A stretch of 64,000 bases of DNA from Candidatus Moraniibacteriota bacterium (GTDB lineage Bacteria; Patescibacteriota; Minisyncoccia; Moranbacterales; UBA11712). Positions within the stretch are counted from its first letter, which is position 1. Each line of letters begins with the position of its first letter. Both the position numbers and the translations under genes were made by a program. Under the pieces are notes generated by a model. It saw only the letters and a program-made list of their open reading frames with translations. It made no database searches and was not told where the DNA came from. Positions 16,033 to 28,200 of the stretch are shown one piece after another. The stretch is from contig JAQVJV010000003.1 of assembly GCA_028695025.1 (NCBI GenBank), positions 637-64,636 on the forward strand, in the 5' to 3' direction.

Positions 16033-18948
16033 TTATATAATTCGGAGCCGGATTTTCCGCGAAACGGCGTTTCCGGCTTTGTCATAAACTTTCACGCGCA
16101 AGGTGTGGTATCCTAGACGGATATCCGATTTCAAATAGAAATGTTTGCGGGTAGTTTTGGAAATTTTTCCGTCCAGCTCAATCTTGTAGCGGTCCACGCC
16201 TTCATTGTCCTTGGCCTCCCACCAAATTTTCGCTCCCGGCCGCTTGGTGAGCTCTTGCGGAAGATCCGTGAATTCAGGCCGGTGTTTGTCCACCCCGATC
16301 TTGAAATCTCCCGATGACTTCACCTGCTCGCCGGCACTGTCATAATATTTGAAATTCAATCTGTACACTTTCTGTTTTTTTACCCTGACGCGCTGGCTCC
16401 ATTTGCCGCCTGAAGAAACCTCCGCCGTTTTCAAAAGTTTTCTTCCGCCGTATATCTTCACCGTCCCGTCCTCGATCCCCTTTGTGCTCGCCCTGAACAC
16501 AAAAGTTTTTGAAGAACTCCAGTATATTTTTTTCGGCTTCATATCGATCGTCTCGCCATTGAGCCTTATCTTCGGCTTGGGGATGCTGATGTCTTCCGCC
16601 GCGTCCGGATCAATTACGTAAGTTTCCGTATTGATACTTTCGCTGTTTCCAAGGCTGTCCTTCGCGAAAAACTTGAGCGTAGTGTCGGCGGAAATTTCGA
16701 TCGGGTCGGCATAAACATCCGACCCGGTATCCGGATCACTGCCGTCGATGGTGTAATAAATATCCGCTTCGCTGTCGTTGCAAGTGAGCGTCACTGTTTG
16801 CGCCTCATCATAGGTCCCGCCTTCCGGATTAGCCGTGGTGGTCGGCGCCGTGTTGTCCGTGTTCAATTGTCCGACCAGTTGGTATCCGGTGTTGGAATAT
16901 TCGTCGGTCGCCATGACGCAGAGATATTCGGTATGGTTTCCGGATATGGCGAAGTCAGTGGCGCTCGTGAAAGAATTGCCATAGGTGTCGGATCCGTTGC
17001 AGGTCGAATCAGATGAATAGCCGTATTCGCTCGCGGTGATGGAACTCGCGTCAGTCACTGTCACGTTGATCGTGTCGGTTTGCGTGGGGCCGGTGTCGGT
17101 GCCTTCGTTCACGGTGAAGGTGGGGGCGTCGGATTCCACTCCCGTATCAACGTTGATATCATTCGCGCTCGCAAGCGTATCGTAGTTTCCGGCCGCGTCA
17201 TCCCCATAAAGACAAATATATTTTCCGTTATTGGTTTCATCCGTCTGGTTCATGGAATCGGAATCAGTTTTGGTGTAATCTCCCGAACTGGTGGAACAAG
17301 TGCCGTCAGTGTCATAATCCCAAAGTTTGGTGCTGGCATCTCCCCAACTTCCGGTGACAGTGTCCGAAGCGACAGGGCCCGCCGCCACATTGTCAGTGAA
17401 AGAAAGGGTCGGCGCCGTGTTGTCCGTGTTCAATTGTCCGACCAGTTGGTATCCGGTGTTGGAATATTCGTCGGTCGCCATGACGCAGAGATATTCGGTA
17501 TGGTTTCCGGATATGGCGAAGTCAGTGGCGCTCGTGAAAGAATTGCCATAGGTGTCGGATCCGTTGCAGGTCGAATCAGATGAATAGCCGTATTCGCTCG
17601 CGGTGATGGAACTCGCGTCAGTCACTGTCACGTTGATCGTGTCGGTTTGCGTGGGGCCGGTGTCGGTGCCTTCGTTCACGGTGAAGGTGGGGGCGTCGGA
17701 TTCAGCCGGGATATATTCATAAGCCCCATCATCGTCGGCCGATCCCTGGGGACGGCCCACTTGGTCGAGGTCATGATCCGGCGCGTCCGCGGCATAGGAA
17801 TGGCTGATAGCCGGCGAAGCGTCGGCGAGGTGATAGTCATTGTTTCCCGAGTCGACAAAGAGCGTGTCGGTGATATCAAGCTGGTTTTCGGAACGGGTGA
17901 TCGCGCCGGAAGGATAATTGATATCGATCGCCGATTCGGTCGAAGTGTTGTTCCGGATATATGCCGAGGTCGCAGTATAACTATTTGAATACCAGTAAAC
18001 CAGGGAGTCAATCGACCCGTAGGAAATGTTGTTGGATATAATCACATTGGTCACCTGATCGTTTGAGTGATTTTCGATGATGATTTGCCCCGACTCGCCG
18101 TCGCCGCAAGCCACTCCGGAAAAAGTGTTGTTGGAGACTTGGATGTTTTGCGAACCACTGGTGTCTCCATCGTCGGATATGTCTACCATCCATCCGGAAT
18201 AGTCATTATAGAAAACGTTGTTGGTGATCGTATGGCCGTACCCGAAAAGATATATGGCGTGGTCGATATGCGAGCCTGCCGCGTCCGTCCGGCCGATGTC
18301 GTTCAAAGTGTTCGAGTCGATCGTGAAATTATAGGAATGGGCGGGGGCGGTGATTCCAGTCCTTGAGGTCGTATCCGGATTCAAATCATCCCTCGCGATG
18401 TTGTCAATCTGGTTCCGGGAAATGGTAATGTCATGGATCTCGTCTCCGGATGAAACATAGCCGTCCCCCTTGATTCCGGAATATGTATAATTTTTGATTT
18501 CAAAACCCTGTATGACTATGTGGTGAACCCCAGTCGCAAAGCCGATTCCAAATTCAGAAAAACCGGAGTCATCGATGACCGCCCCCAGATTATTTTCGGC
18601 TTGAATTGTGATTGGCGACCCGCTTGAACCGCTGGTTGTGATGTATACGGCGTAGTCGCCGTCAGTCTGGGTGGACGAGTCCGCGTAAGTTCCGTCTTCG
18701 ACAATGACCGTATCGCCGGCAGTGGCGGTGTCCGCCCCGTGCTGGATGGTCGCGAAAGGCTCCGCCTGGGTTCCCGGATTACCATCATCTCCTGTCGTTG
18801 AGACATAATAAGTCGCCGCGCTTGCCGGACGCGCGGACGCAAAAAAGAACAGCGCCATGGCACAGACAACCGGCAATAATATCAATTGTCTTTTTGTTTT
18901 CATTTTCCCGAAAGATGAAATTTTATTTTCTTGTATATATTGTAGCAT
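16033..18948 (-). CDS. Secreted right-handed parallel beta-helix protein with a duplicated ~100-aa module and a C-terminal CHB_HEX_C/FN3-like domain plus Ig-like domains
   Basis: Signal peptide …FFFASARPASAATYYV. Beta-helix repeats are present (DITISRNQIDNI…, HAIYLFGYGHTITNNVFYND, NIQVSNNTFSGV, VIISNNISYGS). The module SDAPTFTVNEGTDTGPTQTDTINVTVTDASSITASEYGYSSDSTCNG…QLVGQLNTDNTAPT occurs twice. The CHB_HEX_C-like stretch reads GGTYDEAQTVTLTCNDSEADIYYTIDGSDPDTGSDVYADPIEISADTTLKFFAKDSLGNSE. Confidence 0.8.
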   Translation of the reverse strand: MLQYIQENKISSFGKMKTKRQLILLPVVCAMALFFFASARPASAATYYVSTTGDDGNPGTQAEPFATIQHGADTATAGDTVIVEDGTYADSSTQTDGDYAVYITTSGSSGSPITIQAENNLGAVIDDSGFSEFGIGFATGVHHIVIQGFEIKNYTYSGIKGDGYVSSGDEIHDITISRNQIDNIARDDLNPDTTSRTGITAPAHSYNFTIDSNTLNDIGRTDAAGSHIDHAIYLFGYGHTITNNVFYNDYSGWMVDISDDGDTSGSQNIQVSNNTFSGVACGDGESGQIIIENHSNDQVTNVIISNNISYGSIDSLVYWYSNSYTATSAYIRNNTSTESAIDINYPSGAITRSENQLDITDTLFVDSGNNDYHLADASPAISHSYAADAPDHDLDQVGRPQGSADDDGAYEYIPAESDAPTFTVNEGTDTGPTQTDTINVTVTDASSITASEYGYSSDSTCNGSDTYGNSFTSATDFAISGNHTEYLCVMATDEYSNTGYQLVGQLNTDNTAPTLSFTDNVAAGPVASDTVTGSWGDASTKLWDYDTDGTCSTSSGDYTKTDSDSMNQTDETNNGKYICLYGDDAAGNYDTLASANDINVDTGVESDAPTFTVNEGTDTGPTQTDTINVTVTDASSITASEYGYSSDSTCNGSDTYGNSFTSATDFAISGNHTEYLCVMATDEYSNTGYQLVGQLNTDNTAPTTTANPEGGTYDEAQTVTLTCNDSEADIYYTIDGSDPDTGSDVYADPIEISADTTLKFFAKDSLGNSESINTETYVIDPDAAEDISIPKPKIRLNGETIDMKPKKIYWSSSKTFVFRASTKGIEDGTVKIYGGRKLLKTAEVSSGGKWSQRVRVKKQKVYRLNFKYYDSAGEQVKSSGDFKIGVDKHRPEFTDLPQELTKRPGAKIWWEAKDNEGVDRYKIELDGKISKTTRKHFYLKSDIRLGYHTLRVKVYDKAGNAVSRKIRLRII
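16840..17148. repeat. Copy A of a ~309-bp perfect intragenic direct repeat (period 569 bp)
   Basis: The nucleotide string GGTCGGCGCCGTGTTGTCCGTGTTCAATTGTCC…GGTGGGGGCGTCGGATTC is identical to 17409..17717; seen in the sequence. Confidence 0.85.
17409..17717. repeat. Copy B of the ~309-bp perfect intragenic direct repeat
   Basis: Identical to 16840..17148. It encodes the second copy of the duplicated protein module in the 971-aa beta-helix protein. Confidence 0.85.
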
Positions 18949-19298
18949 TTTTTTTATAGTTAGTTGAACGTGCTTTTGGTTTATTTTAGGGATATGGGAA
19001 TCAACTATTTTATTTCAACTTAATAAAATCTTGGAAGTTTTTTAGGCGCATACTGCCCATCAATCCTCAATTGATTTTCCGGCAATTTCATTATCCTTAA
19101 AGACCCCCTTCCTCCTGCTATTTTCACGACTGCAATAATTCATCCCATTATTTCTTTTATAGAAGCCAATAAAAATGTTTCACGGAAGTTTTGTCTTGAC
19201 CCTTATTCCGAGTTACTCCAAGAAATCCGATATTTTTTATATTGGCTTGCATATAGGAAATAATGGATTTTTTTAACTTAAATTTCAAAATTCAAAAT

Positions 19299-22200
19299 TT
19301 ACTTCTCCTCCACGATAAACCAACTGAATTTGATGTCTTGTGCAATAGCTTCCAAAACGTTTACTGAAAATTCTCCCGTGAGCCTCCCTGTTTCCGCATC
19401 GCGGATTTTTTCGATCCAATAGCGGCTCCCGGGATCGCCCTCGAAGCTCACGAAGATTTTGGCTGTTTCCGTCACCGCCGCAGTCTCCACACGCGCGCTT
19501 TTTCCGTCTACTTTCGTGATATCATCCCAACCGTCATTGTCATCATCTTTTTTTACTGAAAGAACAGTTCCGTCTCCCACTGTTGGCGCGTCCTCGTCGT
19601 TTTTCACCGAATAGGCTCCCGCCACCGTTTCATCCGCTTTCACTTTTTCAGCCTGGACAACTTTGGCTTCGAACAATCCGGCGAGCTTCACGTTTCCGTC
19701 TTCGTCGGTTGTCACGATATTCTCCGGAATCTCCCCGCCTGCCGTGACAGTCATTGTCGCCAATTTGTCCTCAAGATCCTTGATACGATCTTCGTGGTCA
19801 AACACCCGCGCGGTGAGTGTTTTTTCCGTTTCGATCATGGCGCCCAAAGTATCGTTCACCGATGTTTCAAAAGCGAGCAGATTATTTTCGCTTTCAGTGA
19901 GCCTTGTTTCAGCATCGGCAAGTTGAGATTGGAGAGTTGAAATTTGCAACTGCTGGTCGCTGATCGCCGTACCGACTATATTCAATTTATCATTCACCGC
20001 CGTCTGCAGTTCCGCTACGCTGGTTGACTGGCTTTCAATTTGCAACTGCTGGTCGCTGATCGTTGATCCTTGTTCGTTGATCATCGCCTGCTGTTCCTGT
20101 ATCGCCTTTGTGAGCATCGGCGTGAACATGGCATAGCTCAAACCTTTGTATCCGCTAGCGTTGGTGGAAACAAGTTCCGGTGAAATTTTTTCCACGTCCT
20201 GCGCGATGAACCCGGCATGGAGAGGGTCGGAACTATCCTCGCTCTTCATGTGGAAAGTCACCGGATCAAGCGCCATCACCTTGTCGAGCGCGGAATCCAT
20301 GGACTCGATATCTTTTTTCATCCGTACGTCGGAAGTGCTTCCCCAAGTTCCGTCAGAAGTGACGACATAACCCGTCGCTGTTCCGGTATATACTTCGAGT
20401 TTGTAGCCCGGGGCAGTCGTCCCGATGCCGACATTGCCAGCGAAATAGTTTTTATTTGAAGAAGAATATTGATAAACGCCCCAAGTGTTTGTGCCTCCGA
20501 TTGAATCAATATACAGTCCATAGCTATTTGTCACGGTGCCTGTGGCAGAAACACGCGCATATAAAGCTCGCGCATCAGAGATTGTCCCTCCTGATCCTTG
20601 CTGTTCAATATTTCCCACTACTCCATAAGCATTATTTACCGTTCCTGATGTATGAGTTCCGATTACGTAACCTCTTACTCCGGTTATTGAAGTAGCGGTA
20701 TATCCTGCCGGGTTCGTAACAACACCATCAAGTGCCCATAAATTTAGGGCATGTCCATTTTGATTTGAATAATTTGTAGCATTAGCCCTAAATGAAACTG
20801 CGTAATGATCGCCTGTCAACGTTCCTGAAGTTTTAAGGTCGCTGACGGTCAGAAATCGGCTTGCGCTTGAAATATCCACACTATTATCATTTACATACAG
20901 TTTTGCCCCCGGAGTCGTCGTCCCTATCCCCACATTCCCGGAAGTTGCCTGTATCATTGCTCCAAGTGCTGCCGAATTGCTAACGCGAAAATAAATGTCT
21001 GAGGCTGATCTCAACGTCACATCGTCTGATGCCCCCCCTGTAGTTCCGATAAGATCAGAAGATCCAATTAATCCTGAATTTGTTTCCCCGCTGTTCAATA
21101 GTAAATAGGAGTCAAATCGGCTTGTGCCGTTGACATGAAGAAGTCTTTGCGGATTCGTCGTCCCTATCCCCACATTCCCCTGCAATATGGTCTTCGTGAT
21201 CGAGGTGTTTCCGAGGGTTACGGAGTTGCTTCCCGCCCCGATGGCGGAAGCTCCGATGACGATTTCATTCGTGTCCCCGTCGGCGAGGGCTCTCGTGTCA
21301 TATCCGAGATAGAGAGAACTGTAGGAAGTCTGGTTGTTTCCCCCGCCGGAGATGTATCTTCCGGAATAATATCCCAGGGCGGTGTTATTGTATCCGGTGG
21401 TGTTGGAGTAGAGGGAATTCACTCCCAGGGCGGTGTTATTGTATCCGGTGGTGTTGTATTGGAGGGAATTCACTCCCAGGGCGGTGTTATAGTATCCGGT
21501 GGTGTTGGAGTAGAGGGAATTTACTCCCAGAGCAACATTTTGGTATCCGGTGGTGTTGGAGTAGAGGGAACTTGTTCCCAGAGAGGTGTTCGAGTATCCA
21601 GTGGTGTTGGAGTAGAGGGATTGATATCCCAGGGCGGTGTTATTGTATCCGGTGGTGTTGGAGTAGAGGGAATTCACTCCCAGGGCGGTGTTATTGTATC
21701 CGGTGGTGTTGCAGTAGAGGGAATATGTTCCCAGAGCGGTATTAGAGTATCCGGTGGTGTTGCAGTAGAGGGATTGATATCCCAGGGCGGTGTTATTGTA
21801 TCCGGTGGTGTTGTATCTTCCGCCGTATCTTCCGATGAAAGTGTTTGCTAAACTGGCCGTTGACGAGCGGATTTCCAGGGCGGAAGTCCCCGTGCTGTCG
21901 TTCAAGACGTAGGTCGGGCTGTATGTTCCGGTGATCCTTTTTATGGAAATGACAATGGTCCCGTTGAAGTCGGAGGTCGGGGTGATGGAAAGGGTTCCGG
22001 TTCCGGTGGCTTTCGGCCCCCATGTCCCGGTGGAATACAAACCGCCCTTGCTTTCCGAACCGAAAGAGATGGTGAATGTTCCAGCCGTCCTTCCGGTGAC
22101 GGTATAGGATATTTGGTAGAGATAATTTGTGGTGGGAACAACGGTGGTATCGGTGAGGGCGTCCGTGTATCCTGTCGTATGGGTGAATCCGCTGGCGAAG

Positions 22201-25200
22201 TCTCCCGTCCAGTTAGTGGTTCCCCAAGTGTCTCCCGCGGAAAGGAGTTCCGAAGAAAGAGGGGCGGATTCATAGGAAGAGGTGGACTGCATGGTGAGGA
22301 GAGCGGTCGGGCTTGTGGTGCCGATGCCGACGTTCGTTCCATTGTTGAAAAGGTTTCCGGTGGGTGTCCATTGGGTGGTGGAATTGTTCCAATAGAGGGT
22401 TTGTCCTGTATAGGTTCCGGCTTGGGTGATGGCGACAGAGGTTCCTCCGATTGAGAGGTTGGTGGCGTTGATGGTTCCGTTGACGTTCAGGCGATATGTT
22501 CCGATTGCGGTGGTTCCGATTCCCACGTTGGTTCCGTTGTCATATATCGATCCGGTGGAAAGGGTATTGGTTCCGTTCCATCGGGCGACATAGTTTGCAA
22601 GTCCCGTTCCCACGACGGCGGTTCCCGAGGTTCCGACCGAGAGGGTGTTTGATCCTAGGGTAAGGGTTCCGGTGCCTGTTGTGATTGTGTTTCCGTTGTA
22701 GGTTCCTCCCGTCACGTTGCCGGAGGAGGAAACGGTGAAGACATCGGCACCGATCACAAATTTGGAAGTTGGATTCGTCGTTCCTATCCCCACATTCCCC
22801 GAGGAATTCACGGTAACCACCGGAGCTCCGCCAGTGGCTCCCACTCCCAGATTGAAGCGACTGTTAGTCGCGTCGTAGCTCATCCAGGTTTCAGCGGCGG
22901 CGGAGGCGCCGAGGTGAATAGTGTCGCCCCCGAGCCATAGGTTAGCAAAGCGGTAGGAGTTCGATCCGAGATCATAGGTATCATTGGTCATCGGCGTGAT
23001 CGTTTGCGATTGTGCAGAATCGTTGAGAATGACGTAGCCGGAATTTGCCGCAGAGAGATAAAGATTTAAGTTCTCACTCGCCGACTCCGTCTGGATATAT
23101 CCCGGACCGTTGAATTTGATGTATCCAGCGGTGGTGTTAGTCATGTAGAAATCATAGGCCATGGAAACATCTCCCATCGAATTGAAGGTGGTCGGGACGT
23201 TGAAGATGGCTTGAGATGAGCTCACGGTGAGAAGATCAGTGCCGGCGTAGTTCAAGGTGAGAAGATTTCCGGTTCCGTCGCTTCGGACATAGAGGCCGGC
23301 GGCGGCCGCGTTGGTGGAGGAGTTGTAGAAATATCCGATGTAGTCGGAAACTGATCCGCGGGTGTCGAAAATATGGGTCGGGTTGGTGTTTCCTATTCCA
23401 ACATTTCCTCCGCGGGTGACGTTGAGAACTGCCGCGGTATCACCGCGAACTTCAAAAAGTGAGGATGGGCTGGTGGTGCCGATTCCCACATTTCCGGTTG
23501 TCGCCGAGACAAAGAACGGTGTCGTGGCTCCGATCCCGACTTGGAAAAGTCCGGTCGGGCTCGTCGTCCCGATCCCCACGTTCGTTCCATTGTTGAAAAG
23601 GTTTCCCGTGGGTGTCCATTGGGTGGTGGAATTGTTCCAATAGAGGGTTTGTCCGGTATAGGTTCCCGCGGTGGTGAGGGCGAGGGCGGTTCCGTTCATA
23701 TAATAGGAAGCGGCGTTGAGGGAACCGTTGACGTTCAGTTTGTAGGTTCCGACTGATGTGGTGCCGATTCCCACATTCGTCCCGTTGTCATATATCGATC
23801 CGATGGAGAGGGTGTTCGCGTCTGTCCATCTGGCGAGATAGTTTTGGGTTCCGGTTCCAAGAGCCGCGGTTCCTGTTGCGGGAATTGTGAGGGTGTAGGA
23901 CCCCGTGTTAATCGTTCCCGATCCGGAGAGAGTGACGCCGTTGTAGGTCGTGGCATACATTCCCCCGTTCACTTCGAGTTTGTAGTTGGGGTTGGTGGTG
24001 CCGATGCCGACATTGCCTCTAAAATAACTGTTTATTCCGCCGTAGTCCATTCCAATTCTTGCAACTTCTGTATTGGAGCTACCACCAGTAAACTGTAGAC
24101 CGTGGAAGGAACGAAAAATTGCGTTACTTCCATAGGTAGTTTCAATTTTATTATACGAATCCCCTCCATATTGGAAATTCACTGTGTGACCAGAAGTTAA
24201 GCCGCTTATCCCCCAAATCCTGCCATTTGCTGACTGAACAAGTAAATCCCCATTGACAAAAAGTTTGGCACTTGGCGAAGCGCTACCGATTCCTACATTT
24301 GTTCCGTTGTCATATATAACACCGGAAGAAATGGTGTTGGTTCCGGTCCAGCGAGTGACATAGTTTGCAAGTCCCGTTCCCACGGCGGCGGTTCCCGAGG
24401 TTCCGACCGAGAGGGTGTTTGATCCCAGGGTGAGGGTTCCGGTGCCTGTTGTGATTGTGTTTCCGTTGTAGGTTCCTCCCGTCACATTGCCGGAGGAGTT
24501 CACCTGGAATTGGGAAGTGGCACCCACGGAGAGGAGAGCGAGAGGGTTTGTTGTCCCAATTCCGACACTTCCACCGCTTAATATTGTAAGTCTCTCAGAA
24601 ACTCCGCTTTCGACTATATTAAAACTATTATTAGAATCATATCTGTTCATATGCCATTCATTGGCTCCGTTGTCCTTAAATACCAAGCCTTGGTCAGCAA
24701 CACTGTCTATTGCGATATTCCCGTCATATACATGTAATCTTTCACTAGGACTAGATGTCCCGATTCCAACATTGCCGGAAGCAACATTTACTGACAACCA
24801 TTCAATCGGATCGGGTGTGGCTGCAGCATTATAGATAGCGACATTACCCGTACTATCGAGATAACCAACAGCTCCCTTATCTGTTCCGTTTGTTTTGAAA
24901 CGTAATGTGCTTTCACCTCCCGTGCCAGTCGTGTCAATAGTCACATAGGTTGAAGCATTAGTCGCTTTGAATCTTGCGACTCCAATGCCAGTAATATGAA
25001 CTCCGAAAACATCGAGTTTTGTATTCGGACTCGTCGTCCCGATCCCCACGTTGGTTCCGTTGAAGTAGAAGTTGTCGCTTCCGGTGATGATGCCTTGGCC
25101 GGAGAAGTATGATACCTGGTATTGGCTCCCCGTTCCTCCGGCGACATAGTCAGTGCCGGCTGTGGCGGTGGAAAGGGCTCCGGTGCCGGTGGTGACTTTC

Positions 25201-28200
25201 AAGAGTCCCGTGGAAAGGGCGGAACTGACATAGGCTTGGGCGGTGTCGGCGCTCACCGTGGAACCGGAGATGGTGAGGGCAGTGAAGTTTCCGGTTCCGT
25301 TCACGTTCAGCTTGTAGGTTCCGACCGAAGTGGTGCCGATTCCCACGTTGGTTCCGTTGTCATAGATGACAGAACTTGAGATAGCACTGGTTCCATTTCC
25401 TTTGAGGAGATAATTGGAAGAGAAGGTTCCGGCTCCCGTGCCTCCCTGGGAAACATTGAGGTATTGCTGGGAAGTTATGGAGTTGGTTCCGTTCCAGACA
25501 GCTACATAGCCGTTGGTTCCGGTTCCAGTGACAGGATTGGTAAGAGCCGTTTGGAAGTATGAGGCATCGTGTCCTTGGAGATAGTTAGCGTTTAAATTGG
25601 TTATCTCGGTGGAATTGAGGACGGTGAAAGGGGCTCCGGAGTTGTAGTTGAAGGATAGCTGGTTTGTTGTTGATGCCCCTCTTCCGGTGACTGTTGCCAG
25701 GGTGTCAGCTTCTGTTGCGGTAATGGTAAGAGTATCCCCGGAGATTGCCGTTGTGGCTATTCCTCCACCATTGATGGTGAGAGTGTCGGTGGTTGAATTG
25801 GCAGTGGTGTTTCCAGATTGGGAGTTGATGGTGGCCCAGAGGTTTTGGTCTCCGGTGTTGGCGCCGGAGGAACTGCCGGTAAAGTTGGCGGCGGTGATGT
25901 TTCCGGTGAACTCTCCATTTCCTCCCACAGTGAGATTAGAGATGATGTTCGCGCTCCCTCCGATTCTCACATTTCCGGCGACATCAAGTTTCTGGCTCGG
26001 ATTCGTCGTCCCTATCCCCACATTCGTCCCATCATTGAAGAGATTGGCGTTGGCTGTCCAAGCCGATCCGTTCCAATAGAGGGTTTGGCCGGTGATTGAT
26101 CCGTTGGCAGGAAGTCCGGTGGCCAGGGTTCCTGCGGTATATAGACCGTTGGTAAAAGTAAGTCCTCCTGTTGTTTGGGAAGCTCCCGCTGTTCCTCCGG
26201 CATAGTATCCGGTAGCGTTCAAGCTTCCGTTCACGTTTACTCGGTAGGTTCCCACTCCGGTCGTCCCGATCCCCACGTTGGTTCCGTTGAAGTAGAAGTT
26301 GTCGCTTCCGGTGATGATGCCTTGGCCGGAGAAGTATGATACCTGGTATTGGCTCCCCGTTCCTCCGGCGACATAGTCAGTGCCGGCTGTGGCGGTGGAA
26401 AGGGCTCCGGTGCCGGTGGTGACTTTCAAGAGTCCCGTGGAAAGGGCGGAACTGACATAGGCTTGGGCGGTGTCGGCGCTCACCGTGGAACCGGAGATGG
26501 TGAGGGCAGTGAAGTTTCCGGTTCCGTTCACGTTCAGCTTGTAGGTTCCGACCGAAGTGGTGCCGATTCCCACGTTGGTTCCGTTGTCATAGATGACAGA
26601 ACTTGAGATAGCACTGGTTCCATTTCCTTTGAGGAGATAATTGGAAGAGAAGGTTCCGGCTCCCGTGCCTCCCTGGGAAACATTGAGGTATTGCTGGGAA
26701 GTTATGGAGTTGGTTCCGTTCCAGACAGCTACATAGCCGTTGGTTCCGGTTCCAGTGACAGGATTGGTAAGAGCCGTTTGGAAGTATGAGGCATCGTGTC
26801 CTTGGAGATAGTTAGCGTTTAAATTGGTTATCTCGGTGGAATTGAGGACGGTGAAAGGGGCTCCGGAGTTGTAGTTGAAGGATAGCTGGTTTGTTGTTGA
26901 TGCCCCTCTTCCGGTGACTGTTGCCAGGGTGTCAGCTTCTGTTGCGGTAATGGTAAGAGTATCCCCGGAGATTGCCGTTGTGGCTATTCCTCCACCATTG
27001 ATGGTGAGAGTGTCGGTGGTTGAATTGGCAGTGGTGTTTCCAGATTGGGAGTTGATGGTGGCCCAGAGGTTTTGGTCTCCGGTGTTGGCGCCGGAGATAC
27101 TCGCATTTCCCGCCAAAGTGAAGGTGTATGATCCCGAACCTGTCACAATCGTTCCGTTTCCGGAAAGGGTTACTCCGTTATACGTCGCGGCCGTCACCGC
27201 TCCCGCGTTTGTCACCTGGAACTGGTTGGCCGTCCCGACCGCGAGGCCATTGGTCCCGTCCGTCGGGAAAATAGCCCCCCCTGCTAGGCTCCAGATCGTT
27301 CCCGGCCCCCCGCTTGAGATGGCCGTATCCAGATCAGCCAGCACTTCCTGGACGTTCGCGGAGCTTGAGTTCGTGAACCCGCCAGTGAAGGCTCCGACCA
27401 TGTACGCGCCCGAATCGATGGCACTCGTCGCTTCCCCTAGCGACGTGGTTCCGCCGAAGATAAGATTATTCGATGAATTAATATTAATGTTACCGTTTGC
27501 GGTGATATCCGTGAAAGTAGGGCTTGCAACTGTATTGAGTGTGAGACTGATCCCTCCGCCAGCCGTACCGGTTCCTCCGCCGGTGAGATTTCCGGCCGTG
27601 TTCACGACAATCGGAGTAGAACCTTCCGCGACCGTGTTGTTGCTCGAGCCATAGACCGGAGAAATGGTGAGTGTGTTTAAATTGCGGGAAGTCGCGATTC
27701 CGTCGGCGCCCTCGAAGATCGCGCCTTTCTTGGTTTTGATCTGCACTCCGGCATCGGTGGCGGATGTCTGAAGTTTCCAGGAAACATAGTTATCATAATC
27801 CCCTGCCGCCTGATAGTTTCCCGCGGCTTGGAAATAGCTCGCCTTGTGCCCGCCCAAAAGTTCCGCGTTGAGATTCACGTTCAATATCCCGTTCGAAAGC
27901 GGTATGCTTCCGGCGGCGTTCCCGATCGTCTGGCCGGCAATGTTCATGGCCGTGCGTGCGAGCGGCACCGCGCCGATCCTTTTTCGGGGAATCATTTCCG
28001 CATCCTCTCCAACCCGGATGCCGACAAAATAGTTTTCGGCAGCGAAATTCAAATTGGGAAGCGGATTTGCTTCGCCGAGATAAACATCAAGAAGTCCGTT
28101 TTCGACCGCAACCTTTCGGGTTTCTTCCCAAATGCGCGTTCCGGCATCAGTGTCGGAAGGATACGGATCGCTTTCGGTCCGGTCAGCCGTATATATGGAA

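Noticed and set aside
21365-21835. Regular 60-bp tandem array that might be taken for a CRISPR array
   Set aside because: The units are contiguous with no unique spacers. They lie in frame inside a 10-kb ORF and encode a recognisable 20-aa protein repeat. No cas genes are present in the window.
22316-27107. Near-identical repeat pairs in the giant gene considered as diversity-generating retroelement TR/VR pairs
   Set aside because: The large copies are 100% identical, whereas a TR/VR pair would differ at adenine positions. The mismatches in the near-identical 90-190-bp pairs are not adenine-specific. No reverse transcriptase gene exists in the window.
21135-27654. Several plus-strand ORFs of 85-259 aa inside the giant gene (for example 21135..21851, 25648..26079, 26875..27654)
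   Set aside because: They are repetitive Val/Gly/Ser-rich antisense translations of the fibre repeats. They are duplicated only because the underlying DNA is duplicated.
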